The notes under the pieces: generated by a model | The model's input: the letters and a program-made list of their open reading frames with translations, nothing else | What the model was told of the DNA's origin: nothing | The model's database searches: none | Shown here: one piece after another, positions 50,798-64,000 of the stretch | Numbering within the stretch: position 1 is the first letter of the stretch | How the letters are laid out: each line of letters opens with the position of its first letter | Made by a program: the position numbers and the translations under genes | NCBI GenBank assembly: GCA_965285935.1 | Contig: OZ260667.1 | Span: forward strand, 39,928,001-39,992,000 | Origin: Ophelia neglecta | Lineage: Eukaryota | Direction of reading: 5' to 3' | Length of the DNA stretch: 64,000 nucleotides

Positions 50798-53700
50798 ATC
50801 AGTTATGTTAGACAATATATGCTACATTATAGGCTTTTTTACTTAGGAGATTGTAATATGCATATTAAACTACATGTATTTTATGTTTGGGATGCTACAT
50901 GATCTTAGATGCAATGCAATGATTGTTTTATTATGAAAGAAAACAAGCCTTAAAAAGTTTCACAGGGTTTAATATTAAAAATTATCACCACTGTTAATAA
51001 TTTGCATAAGATTTAGACCATGAATATAGTAATGTTGGTTTCCAAAAAAAGTGATCAATCCATGAGTTGTGGATACAAATATTGGTCCATCTTTCAGACT
51101 TGTCATTTGACCAGGCTTTGCCAGAAAGTCTGGTCATCATTGTTTGTATCTACATTGTACCTTGCTATAACTAGATCTCCTATAGAGCCAGTAACAAAAC
51201 TACTGGATCTCAGTGGAGACACCTCTGATGCAAAAGTATAAATGTCCTCCAGTCACGCACACTATATATTAAGCAACTAGGGCTACCTCTGTCTCTATAT
51301 ATTTAAGCATATGGTATGTATTTATATATATATATATATGGGACATTACATATGAAACGCCTCATATATATGGTGTTATATCAAGTGGAACAAAAACTAT
51401 CATGTCACCAGACTTTAACAATATTTGATGACTTGCTATTTTATCCATGCCAGTGCCCTGGGCTAAGCTACTTTTAATTGATTGTCACATAAGATATGAT
51501 TGTCTATGCCAAAACAGGTATATTAATAGGTTTAAAAGATGTTGGCAACTTTAAATGTACATAATGGACACACTCGAGCTGTAGTCGCATGAATTTGGCA
51601 ATAAAGTGACAATCATTGTATTTGGTATTGCCAGCTTTTCTTGCAAATATTTTGCCTTTTCCACCTTGTTGAAATTTACGTGATACATTATGTAATTAAC
51701 AGCTAAAAGCTGCTTCAACTATCCATGTAGGCTTTGCATTTTTATTTATGTGCTTGTAACCTTCTTTGCTTAAGTATTACCCTGTTTGATGCTTTGTGAG
51801 AAGTTAATGACATGTTTGTCAACACAGTGGCCATATTATCTGCATTAATATTATACAAGTGTTCCTTTAATGAACACTTTGAAAGAAAATAAAGAATTTC
51901 AAGGTATCTTGTAGGATTTATGCTAAACCGTTATCCAAGTAACATATATATGATAGTTTAGGATCATTTCATATAATCAGGTGTTGTACCCAAGTCAGTC
52001 TTTTATTTGCCAGATGACTGGTGATATTAATTGGCAACTTTAGTGGATAAAGTGGGCAGACGTTTAGTCATTGAACTTCTGGATAGTTGAAGCAGCTATC
52101 TCCAGCTATTTTGATAGGTGGAACATTGCCAGGTAACATTCCGTGTCCTGTCAAAGTTTTTTTTTGTATTCATCTGCCCCAATCCAACTGTACAACAGGG
52201 TAACCTCTCATTGTGCCTGTGTGTTAATGTATTGTCCTGCTGGTCCTTCCTCTCCTGCTGGGAACTTCCAAATTAAATGATAAAAGCTTCTCATGTCTGC
52301 TTTAACCATCAATGATATACTGAATCAGTTCATAAAGTGTTGTATGGTATGACTTCAAGTTTAGTTGATCCATTATCCTTCCTAGTTTTCTCAGTTCTAT
52401 GGAGTTTGGTCCAGCTGACATTCTGTGTCCTGTTTATTAACACAGATTTCAGTTTTTCAATTGCCATGCTTTGAAGTCCACCTGCACCTTACTCGTGATG
52501 CTTCACCACTTGGACTGCATGCAGGATACATTAGAATATATCAGTGGTCAAACTATATAGTTATTTGTTAAAGGAACAGACGTATGCATCCTGCTGTTTA
52601 CATTGCCTTATAAATTATGTATTACTGTATTCAATCCAACATTGGTTATAGTTTTAATCACCTGTCATGGGTTGTGTTTCGTCTAACCGGATTATTCGCT
52701 TAACCAATAATTATAACATGTACCAGTAGAGTATTTGAACATTAACAGTTGGTTTTCAACTGTCACCCTCACGGTCAGTTGCCAATTCCTTCAGTGTTAA
52801 AGAAGCAAACATTTTATGTAAAAATTGATTTGTATTACTTCATTTTCTTCATTTAATTTATGTGAACAAAATCAAGCAGGATGAGTTAGTTACACTGAAT
52901 AGGAAACTATATTCCAGTGTGTCTTTATCTCAAAATGAAAGTTTAGTTTACATACAAAGTCATCCAAGACTTCAAAGTAATTACAAGCATTTATTGTGTG
53001 GTTCTTTTAGTACATGTAACTTGTATATGGTTGCCAGTATAACTGAGTGTTATAGACCTAAGGAGGAGGATGTTTTATTCTATATTGCTGAAATCCATAA
53101 AATGTTTTTTTATACACTCACCAATACCTGTGTAATGTCGATTTATGTGAATAATTCTTTGGAAGTTGTTTTTTTTTAGTTAAAATAGCTGTTCTTTTAC
53201 AAGGCCCAAAGTAAAACTCAAAACCTCGGATTAAAGAATGAATAGATTTCTTCTATCCCTGTTTAAACATTCTTACCTGAAGCTTTGATCATTTTGATAA
53301 AGGTGTATTATGTAATACAAGATAAATAAATAAAATACTTTTAAGAAGCACATATAAACTTATGAAGTTGTTTGCACAGGGTATATAGACTATACCTTAA
53401 TTTTCAGTCTATAACTCCCATCAGTGACAGCTGCCTGTTGACAGTTATAAAACTCGATGATTTTGCTGTCAGGGAGAATAAAAGTTGTCTACAGCAGTGT
53501 CAACAACGCTTCCATCTTGCCAATATCGTTTATTACTGGTTGCACCAAGTGCAATTTTTATGCAACTCATCGGCTGATGGCGATTTAAATGCACAGTGAA
53601 TGAATGATCATTGTCAACAATCAAGGTATAAAACATTCCTCAATTAGAGAAGTGCAACGATCACGACCGTGTGAGTGCTCTAGCGGATTCAGACAAAAAG

Positions 53701-56700
53701 AAGCATTCCCCACTTTGGCAATGTAACAAAATATCACACTCTTACACTTGCAGTGCGCTGTTGTGATGGAGGACCGGGGGGGGGGGGGGGGATTTATATC
53801 CTTGCATATCGATATACATACGGGCGATCGGTGGTCTCAGATCACCAATTGCAAAGTTCATATTTGTTCGAAATAATGTGCCATTAATTGGTGTGTCTAG
53901 ATCATGTGACAGTTAATTCGCCTTTTTAACGTTTTCGGTGGGGCGGTATGGGGATCAACAGAAACAGGGGAGTCTAGATGTAGTAAATGCCTAACCATGC
54001 CAAAATAATATTATTTTTTTGACACCTCGTAGGCCTACCTGTTACAAAATTGAAAAAAAAGTTATCATTCTTATTAGTGAAAATAATGAAATTTAACTCT
54101 AACATTGCATTGGCACGTACCATAGTCACATGAGTTAGATTGTTTAATTAAGCACTATCCTCGATCGTCACTTGCATTCGACATTTTAAAATAAACTGTG
54201 TCTTTCACAACTATTTCAATATTCGGTCTGGCGTAAAAATTACCATTTAAGTTTAATAAAGCTACACACAATATATCCATTATCATTTATTATTTATTTA
54301 AATAAAAAAGCCTTTTTCGCCATTGGCTCGATCTTTTAAACATCCAACTTTGCAAATAGTGATTTTTAAACTTATTCCCCACACCCCCGTCCCAAACCAA
54401 CCCGGGACCCGTTTCCAACAAACCTTCATGTCGATACAACTGTATTAGGCCTACGATGCTCACAATTATTTATTTTATTTGCTACTCATAATGGTGATCT
54501 ATAGCTATTAAGAGTCGACCTTACACGAACTCTTGTTATTCAAAACAGATAAATAATGTAACGATTTGTTATTTAAAAGCAATTGTATAGTTTATTGGTC
54601 ATCTGCCGTATGTATTAAATATGACATGCAGGTCTTATTTTGTCCATGCTCTAAAATTGCTGTAGGTATATTTATCTATCGACCAATATATCATAATTTT
54701 GAAAACAAAGGGAATTCGTTTATTCTCGCGTAAGCTAACATAACTGTTTTCACTTCGAGTTTTACTTTATTGATACTTTTCTGCAGTGAAGCTGAACATT
54801 ATTTCTATGTTTGTACAGCGCCAAGCTTTCACATTAAACAGATCTATTGCCAGCCTGACTAGTGATCCTATACTAAGGAGATGTTTACATTTCTCGCCAG
54901 CTCTTGTCTGACTGTGCTAGTGGGAAAGGAACTCTTTATCCGTAGCCCACCCTCTTTTGTACGGCTTTTACTTAAAGCTAGCTGACACCATATGTCCTTT
55001 TACTGCATGGGCCTGTCTTATAAAGGAATATTATTACGCAGTTTCATAATTCCTGCAGGTAGATTGAATGTAACTCTTTGTTTAAAGTGCCCATTTCGAG
55101 TGTGATTTGAGCCTTATATGGCGCAGGTCAAAATGGTTAATTACGGATTGCACTAAGTTTAATAAACTCTGTTAGAATTTGTGAACGGCAAACTGCGTGT
55201 CTTTTTAGAACAATGAAGGAACTTTGCCAAGTTTAAGTTTTATATGGAAATGATGCAAGTTATCTTTGAGTGTTGGTGCACGGCTACTGAACACAGACAG
55301 GTTGACTCTTAGGCTTTACGGAAACAATTAAAATAAATAATAAATAAATACTAATAACATTTTTTTCTCGCCATATTCAGGAAAATTAAACCATATATAT
55401 CCTGAAAATGAATAAAAAGACGTCAGTACCAAATCCAGAAGACGGATTGGAGAAACCGTCCATTTAACAACATGCACATATCAACGATTATTCACGTGAC
55501 ATTCTGCTACGCACACGATGAACGGCACAATGGTTTTCTTTTTTCATGATAAGTATGAAGCAAAATACCTAATTATGCCAGTGCAATACATAATGTTCCT
55601 ATATCTTTTAGACTTCTTCCCATGTTACAAGTATGATCTCATATTGTGAAGAAATGAATTATCGACCAGATGCTAGCCGCATTGAGTAGTGGTGATCGAG
55701 CGATGCTTCCCTTGGACAAGATTCATTTTAAAGTGAGGTATATATTTAACCCTTCATCAGTATCATACCAACATTACATGCCTCCATAATATATGTACAT
55801 TTACCTACACACAGTAGACGCGGGCCCAGATCATGAGAACAACGTGTGTCCTATTGTCAACATAGCAAACACCACCTAACATCACCCAACGGGTCAGGTC
55901 GGACTATAAAAACCTCGCAGACTGTCAACAGTTGTCAGTTCAGCGACCCCAAACAATTTGTATGGGATAAAGGTGTACTCAAAGGGTGTGACTAGAAAAC
56001 TGACAACAAAATGTCACTTATTTAACAACTTTAATAGTTGCATTCCTTAAAATAGGTTTTATGCGCATAATGTGCATTTCTACAAAGCACATCAAACCTA
56101 CCATTTGTATTTTTTTACCAAAGCTTTGATAATGAAAAAGGCATGGTGAAATAGTTTGCTAAAAATCGTCTAAGATGTCCCAAACTTTGTGTCAAACTAT
56201 ATTTTAATTAAGATAGTGTCTACATTAACTGAATGATAACGTGACAAATTTCTTACCAAAGAATTTGCCATGTATTCATAGTTGATATAGCAAGTATGTG
56301 CGACTCGGTACTTCACTTAATGTTATTGGGGTAAACATACGCATCAAAATATTATTACCATTAGAATATCAACTGTCCGTGTCACTTTCTTTGTCCACTT
56401 AAAGAAGATGCATTTTTTCACGCAATAACTTCATTTTAAATCGACTCCAACTTTTTTTTTACCTTGTGACAGCATAAAGCCCTCGTCACATGAATGTTTA
56501 TTGCAATTTAAGGTTCTATGAAATAAATAAAACTGGTATTTTTTTTTTGTCCGGCGTATAGTTTCCTGCGATGCTAAATTGGCAATGTTTTCAAAGAAAA
56601 GTACCAATCAGTCCAGGAATTTAAGTCGTATTTTCACGACAGATGCTACTATGTGCAACTGACATGGGGATTATTCACAATCACAAATCATACGTGGACA

Positions 56701-59700
56701 AGTATATCTGAAACCAGGTTTCAATAAAATGACAATAAATCTATTTGGTTGCTACCTAATATACAGATACAGAAATGTTGTTCTTGGCGACTGTGTTAAT
56801 TCGGTCGGTCCTCCCTTAAGGAGAATGTCAGTGACCTCCTCAGGTCACGGCGATGACAGGTCACGGCGTTGACAGATTGTCGTTTGGTAAATGACTGCTG
56901 AATATGCTTGTATACAATCCATAGGAACACATGGGCTAATAGATGTGTATTTAATATGTACAATGTATTTTTGGCAAATATGCAAATGACGCAAGTTGTT
57001 TCTTCTGAAGATGGCACAAGAAAGAAAGTGAAATAATGGCCAAAAACAAACCTAAGGTCTTTGCTGTCACCACTTTTATAATTGCACTATTCCCGATAAC
57101 TTTTTAGTGTTCTATAAATATGTAATGAATGTCTCACATTTTTCCCTTAAACAAATACATGGCAGATATTATGCAGCTGGTACCTGCTAAGGTCACATCG
57201 CAAGCAGTTAGTCACTTTATTTCTCAGGTCACAAATGGTGCGATGTAAAACGGTCTCGGCGAAGTTCATCGCTCGCTTGACAGCACGGCTTGGGCAACAA
57301 GCCATGTTTGTTTTTGTGTCTGTACACTGAACATCATGAAATATCAATCGTGATGGGCACAGAGCTATTCAAATTGATTTTTAAACTGAACTGGATGGGA
57401 CTTAATAGGGAAATATACCTCAATTAGGATAATATCGTTAAGCAAAAATGCCAAGTACCGAGTTACAGACAATTTTTTGCATTGTGTCATTCAGAGCCAG
57501 TTTATATGTGTTTACTATAATAAGCCGATGTCTATATAATGTAATATATAGGTATTGCGGGCCAAAGTAATTTGACCTGTGTGCGTGGTTTATCAGTTGG
57601 TAAGTCTTAGGGTCAAGGCGTAATTTACTTTTTCCGGTCTGTTAGCGAGTCGGTACTGTTTGAATATATTTGATGACTGGTTTCAAACGTTTATAAATCT
57701 AGGCCCATATATACCCCTGCTGTTTGTACAGTCGTCGGGCTGTTCGTAATTTCTGCCGAGAGTCGTGTAAGCCTATTAAAGTAATAATAATGAAAAAATT
57801 ACATATATGTTCAAATCAAGGCTTAAATGGCCACAGTTTCTGACCCATTATTCAAGACAGTATCACCAACCTCAAGCACGTTAAGTTACTGTTCTCGCTG
57901 GCAAACCCTCCCAGCAGAGTTCGATCATTTCGCTACTGCATAATTGTCCTATAGGGCTACCAAAATGGTATCGACGATAAAAAAAATATTTTAAAAGAAA
58001 TATATTCGAAGTTTGGGCCAACGACCTACCAGTGTACAAAAGCGAAAAATCCATAAGTTTTATGTAGAAAAAAGCACGTCTGCTGTAGCTGCAACTATCT
58101 ATTAATGTGTATGAATCAGAAAGGGGCTTGAGCCAAATGATAAGTACACATGGCAATTTAATATCGGTTTCTTTCTACCTCATGGTCAAACTGTAATTTT
58201 TGTCTCATTTCGCAAATTCAAGGGCATTCCTGACAGCTCACCTGCGGCTGGCAAAAGACTGAGAGGAAATAATGTCACCAAGAAAAATGAAGAGGGCATT
58301 TATTTTGCAGGAAACAGTTTCCAAGGTTTACATAATGATCTACAATCTTCAGATATAGTATCATGATATTGTATGTAAATATGAGCTTGTATAACTTAAT
58401 ATGTGATTAATGGTAATTGTATGAAAGTTGAACACCCCTATCGGGCCTATCCTTTCTATACTATGTTTTCATCACACGTACTAACAGTACCTCACACTAA
58501 CTTGCAAACGAGGCTAACACATTGTTAATTGTATAGTGATGTAGCTAGATCGACCTTGGCATGTCACTATTAAAAACAAATTTTGAACATTCTTTCAGAA
58601 GAAAAGAAGGCCTTGAAAACAATACGTGTGAAGGAGAACTCGTCACACCTATCAAGACAAATACTGCGACAATACACCTATGCCTTGTATATTACTAACA
58701 GCACTGGAACGTGACATTAGCTATGGAAACATGGACTTCAGCAAAAACATGTAAATTGAAATCAGCACTGAAACAATTATCACTTGGGTAACTTGCGGTG
58801 AACAAGAATCCCACCATGATATGCAAAACATGACCCTCTGAGTATAATTACTGTATAAAATTATGGAAGAGGGTGGTACATATGTTTTGGGTTGTCACCA
58901 CCGGTTTTGAAAAAACAAAATTCACTTAGCACAGATTATTAGAGTCAAAATATTACTGTTTTCGGACCAAGGAAAATTACCGTTGCCCATCAAAAATTAT
59001 GAGGAAGAAAAAGATAAAAAAAAAAACACGCATAAAGGTAAATGATACCGATCTTAACAAAATACGCCAACAATATGTTCTGTTTGTGGTACAGTTTCCT
59101 TGGCGAATGAATGGCATGACCATTTGAGGCTTTTGTTGCAGCCATCTGTTATGTCAATGTGTATTAGTCATTTCCCGCCAAAATCTAATATCCAACAAAG
59201 AGTGCAGGCTTTTTTGTTCTCAGAGCGCACCTGTGGGTCAGTAAACATTTTATAGCCTACGCTTTATGCACGGGACAAAGATGGGTGTAACGTCTGGTGT
59301 ATTACATCTTTTGTTTACACTACTCACGTATTGGGACATTCGTAAAATGCCTAAAAGGACATTGATAACCCACCGGCTAACATTTTTCAGGGTTGGCATT
59401 TCTTGGGCGTCGAATAATTGTATAAACGTAGATTTACTGCTTATCTTATTATTATAATTATATAGTTTAATTTGGACGTAATAGGGATCGTAGCCTCTAT
59501 GTCTAATGCTTTATTGTTCCAACTTTTGCATTCCACTCCTTTACCGTTTAAGTTATTTGTATATAACATTTGTGTGTGCGTTTCAATGTAAGTGCCGGTT
59601 TAATGTTTTAAAATATATATGTATGTCATACAAGATATGCTCAATTTACTGAGATCTAACAAAGTTTATGCATAAAGCACACGAATTTTGAATAAATGTA

Positions 59701-60254
59701 GGCCTACTGAGTTATCCACGCAAAGAATGTTTCACTTTGATTTACAATGGCAGACTGAAATTTAAACCGTGCCATACTACTCTTTAAAACTTCTGTTTAG
59801 TGACTATAACAACGTATACTACTATACTAATGTAAGACCATTGACATGAGAAGCTTTGAAATAAAATTTATTTGTAATTAACCACGTACATCATTGAAAA
59901 TCAATTTGTTGCCGATACTTGCGAGCGGTGAATTAAGTATATTGATATCGTCAACCTAGCTGGAACACGCCGACATCGAAAACAATATCTAAAAATTGTT
60001 ATACTCAATGACCTGTGCCCATGACGACTGGGCTTTGTATCTAGGAGCATGGCGTAGAATTAACATCCTCCGTTTAATTCAAGTGTAGCCTTTATTACGC
60101 TAAATGCACTTGCCAGTAATTAGTCACATAAACAAAAGAAATGATATCTATTTTCTCAAACAACATAGAGTATTGGTCACTAGGTACTTATAAAAACATG
60201 GGTATAATGCATGTGTATCGAACCCCAACGGAATTTTTAAAAAACTTAACGATG

Positions 60255-60340
60255 TTATTTCGGGCCCACGACTTATTATTTCGTGGCCCCAATATGCTAT
60301 CCTGTGGCCCCGAAATCCTATCTCGTGCGCACGAGAACAA
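60255..60340. repeat. Degenerate ~21-bp tandem repeat
   Basis: About 4 units of TCGTGGCCCACGA-like sequence. Confidence 0.5.
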
Positions 60341-60889
60341 TGTACATTGTTATTGACAAGTTGAGGCAAATACTACTCTTTTAGGAGTAAGTTAGGAAAA
60401 ATGGCAATAAGTATATAGGCCTTTCTTCTTAAAAATACAACTTCGGTATATCGGCCTATTGGGTTATGATAATAATATCAGATGTATTAAGCATTAGCAG
60501 AATGTGTAAGCTATGCTTGAAAGAGTAAATTATGCTGCTTCTAAATCATATTTACACATGAATTTACACATGAATTGGCATTGAATTATGTTTGTGGATA
60601 CCTGAATTGAATCAGTGTACCTGTTACAACCAACCTAAAATTATAAGAGAATCCAGTTTCAATCGTCGTTTTCACATAATCCATTGCAAGTGACGTGTCC
60701 TGCCTTCATTGGTAGAATGGGTCGGTTAGAACCATAAGCCAATGACTGTTGATTGGCCGAAGGTAATGTGACGCTCGCCAAAAGTGATGTCACACGACAG
60801 CTACTTGCTCGGAGTGACGTGCACTGCTCACCGGCCGTATCGAACGCCGCGTGGTGACAAAACAGCAAGCATCGGATTAGGACACTTAC

Positions 60890-61015
60890 CTGCCTGCTCT
60901 ACTGAAAATAGAAACCGAATTACCGGCGGCTGTTTCACCTTAAAAAACGTACACAAAAACATTGAATCGAAAAAAAAGACCCAACTGTGACTGTGAATGT
61001 GTAGCTCCTTTTATA
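60890..61015 (-). promoter_or_regulatory. Candidate TATA/Inr core promoter with first exon and consensus 5' splice site
   Basis: Minus strand has TATAAAAG (61015-61008), an Inr-like CAGTT with A at 60986 (29 nt downstream) and the donor CAG|GTAAGT at 60890/60889. Confidence 0.5.
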
Positions 61016-61763
61016 GGTTCTTAAAGAAATACTAGGCTCTATAGGCTTTAAAATATAGCCATAGGCCTAACTTGTGCTTTAGGGTGTTGCCTTTCAAAAA
61101 GAAGGGAATACCTCAACAACTAGGAAGGGAAGTTGACATATGGATCATTAAGTATGATAATTGAACATTTTTGATAGTTCAGGTACTGCTTTTTTTGTTC
61201 GTAGACGACCTTACAATGACACCAAACGGCTGTAAAACAATCATCGTGGACAAGGTAGCCGAGAAATGCCTTTTTTTAAATGTTAGAATGCAGTTATCGA
61301 CAAAACTGTCAAGGCGCAGATATAGCATACGAGGTTGGTATAGAGTTAATGGCCGTCGGCAGCTGCGATATTAACTTTGAAATAAAATTGAACAAATAAG
61401 TGAACCAAATTTAAAAGCGAAAAACATGAAAACGTTTTATTTGAGTCAGGTTAGGAGAAGAGGTAGGTCAACATGCTCATTAGTGTATGCACTCTTAACC
61501 AATTGCTACACTCATCATTAGATTTAGGCTTAAACAGTTTCCACCTTTCACAGATGACAGATAGTTTTATAATAACAACCTTCTTGATCTGGATATCAAA
61601 GTATCAAATGACTGATAAAGCCTACATCAATTCAATTACTTTAGATTGATATTTTAGTTATAAGTATCAATCAGTTTTTTCTTTATTAGAGCGCAATCAT
61701 GCGGTAAGGATTTAGTATAGTTTTATTTGGAAAAGATGTCCACAATAATTGATAACTGGGTAT

Positions 61764-62916
61764 TTAATATCCATCCGGGTGACCTCCTTTCCGGCCATCA
61801 CTCACAGCCGAAATACATTGCTTCGAACAGTTGATACATGGCTTGCAGTCGACTAAAATTCCCTGGCAAACTCCAATACTATTCTGGTACATTTTATGTC
61901 CTTTGTCTCTTAAGCCGGCCACGAGGTACTGGATTGTAAGAACATAACAAATGTAAAACACTGCTGTGATATTTGCTAAGAGATATACTATCCTTATTTA
62001 AGTAATTTCGTCATGATTAGGCCAATAGTATTTCCCCATAATATTATTTATGTATTTTCAAATATGTGAAAAGAACTCCAATAAAAGTCATGATTATGTT
62101 AAAGTAACAGTTATAAACTAGTAAAATTCTTTCATGTCATTTATAATACGGATTTGAAACGTGGAATATATTATTATAGCTGATTGAATTACAAGGACTG
62201 CCAGTAGTCTTACTTCGGGTGCGACCGGCTCGTATTCAGTTCTGTCAGGTAGCAGCTGGTCGTGAAATCGAGCTGTGTCTATTGCACTTTTGAGGTCTTG
62301 TCCCAGCCATAGGCTTCTCACCAAAGTCTACCATATAAAACACACAGAAACACATATATCAAATATATATAGTTGAGTCTAAGAATTAATTTGATAGGAA
62401 CATATATATATATAGGCCTAGGCCTGAATATAATCTCTTTGTTGTGCTAAGTTTATCATTTAAATTCCATGCTATAATAAATAATAAGCCTTATTGGTTT
62501 TAATTAAATATATCAATAAGCTTATGGTGTTGCAACCTAAGAACACCTTTTTATATGAGGCTGACAAGTCGATCAAATAATTTTATACTAGCTTATATTC
62601 AAAATTTGGAAATAAATTTGATTGGCAAATAAAGCCTGATTGTAAATCTTTTTATTGTTCGGAAAGAAATCGTACCAATGCTGTAGCTGATATGATTCTG
62701 GTGCCGCCAGACGCCCCTGCTATCATGACGACATTGCTGTCTTTGTCTAAGACAATGGTAGGACTCATGGACGACATTGGGCGCTTACCAGGCTTGATAA
62801 AGTTACTAGGAGAAGGTACGAGGCCGAAACCATTGATCAGGCCGGGCGTGCTGAAGTCGTCCATCTCATTGTTATAGATAATGCCCGTTTCGTTACCTCT
62901 TATCTTGCTACCGAAA
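61764..62916 (-). CDS. GGT1: Gamma-glutamyl transpeptidase (glutathione hydrolase), last three exons; 5' part lies beyond the right end
   Basis: Exons 62676-62916, 62214-62327 and 61764-61928. Motifs [41 protein letters not shown] and AVSDGRKGG. The symbol denotes the family, not proven orthology. Confidence 0.9.
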
Positions 62917-64000
62917 CTACCAAATTTGAAACAATAATTATGCATGAGCACAGGTACGCGAGGCGTCTATCCCCTACTACCTATAGATAACTAAAGGTTT
63001 GCAACTTCGCTGCTGCAGGGCCCGCAACTTGTCGGTCCAAGCTGTACTTCGCGATATATTCCCTCCAGCAGTGATTTTCGGCAGACAACGCCACTTTCAG
63101 GAAATAAAAGTATCACAAAAGCAACTAATTCGAACGTGTGTTCTTTTTGGTCCATAATGAAGCTGTCCCGATTAAAAGTAATCATATCCGAGCTACCCAT
63201 TCATATTTTACCGTGTCTAAGTACGGCTCAAGCCATGGGAGACCGTCCATCTTTGTCAACAAGTCGGCGGCACCGGGCTCGACTCTGATGCGGCCGCTGA
63301 TTGGTCAGACTCGTAACTTTAATATTTTTCCAAAATAAAATACTGGTAAATAAACCACTATTTCTTTTCGATGTGTTTGCCGATTCGGAATTTGTGTGCA
63401 TAAATACAAAAACATAGAATGGGTAAATATTTTATAATAGGCATTTTATTACTGATCGCCGTGTATCATGGGATCGAACCGCCATCTTGAATGGAGACCC
63501 AACAACAACATTTTACGAACGATTCGGACAATTACCTGTTTACTTGTCTACTCATCTCCCTATTGCAAGGTGAAACTGTGTAAATATCAATACCCCCCCC
63601 CCCCCCCTGTTAGAGATCGTATCAATTGCCTGCCCCCCCCCCCCCCCCCCTCCACACACACACACAAAGACATTCTGTCGACCTTCGTGTAATAAGTTGG
63701 CCAAAATAGGCTTGATTGATTTGATCAGAATCAATCAAATGAATGAATAGGTTAATTGCAAATAGCTAAGAGACATTGTTGCCCCAGTAGACAGTGAAAC
63801 GTCTGAGTGAAACCTGTGACAAACATTAGGTTAACGAGATTGACTTCAACCTAGGTCGACCAATGGGCAATAGGCTATCTATGTACTACGTGGCTGCTGT
63901 ATGTGGCGGGCCTGCCTGGTTACGCTGAAGATCGATCTTGACAGGCAAGCAACTTACCATTGATATTTGGCGAAAATTACTGAACGAGTGCCAGAAATGG

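Noticed and set aside
60101-60122. TAAATGCAC resembling miR-277 (also TATCACAGCC at 21711 resembling miR-2)
   Set aside because: Only seed-length matches, with no precursor hairpin.
60883-60895. ACTTACCTG as the 5' end of U1 snRNA
   Set aside because: The downstream sequence is not U1; it is simply the complement of a consensus splice donor.
63950-64000. Strong minus-strand donor ATG|GTAAGT as the next GGT exon
   Set aside because: No frame resembles the expected GGT TSTIN segment, and the window ends before it can be assessed.

Overview
Eukaryotic, AT-rich, intron-containing DNA. It is most likely from a marine lophotrochozoan such as a mollusc; this is inferred from the four-domain carboxypeptidase D, the Helentron-like satellite-carrying repeats and the poly-G/C MITEs. 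Genes reconstructed by hand from GT-AG junctions and reading phase: (1) the first coding exon of a Mondo/MLXIP-ChREBP gene (-, continues off the left end); (2) a complete 28-exon, about 1780-aa four-domain carboxypeptidase D (-, 10757-32163); (3) a 3-exon orphan mGluR-like class C GPCR (+) with a decayed LINE in intron 1; (4) a 3-exon secreted single-domain Kazal inhibitor (+); (5) a 2-exon BTB-BACK-divergent-Kelch gene (+); (6) the last three exons of a gamma-glutamyl transpeptidase (-). Mobile DNA includes a broken hAT transposon, LINE remnants, three Helentron/HINE-like elements with internal ~99-bp satellite arrays and many MITEs. The most interesting locus is the CPD intron between domains 1 and 2 (23941-25577). 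It holds a candidate 30-nt microexon that would insert an RRKR furin-type site, an intronic stop plus AATAAA that would give a soluble domain-1-only enzyme, and a ~300-nt multi-branched RNA structure whose G-U pairs work only on the CPD-transcribed strand. A second highlight is a probable unannotated minus-strand transcription unit at about 55-61 kb (TATA/Inr, strong splice sites, possible microexons and micropeptide). All calls come from reading the sequence by eye; no database searches or folding programs were run.
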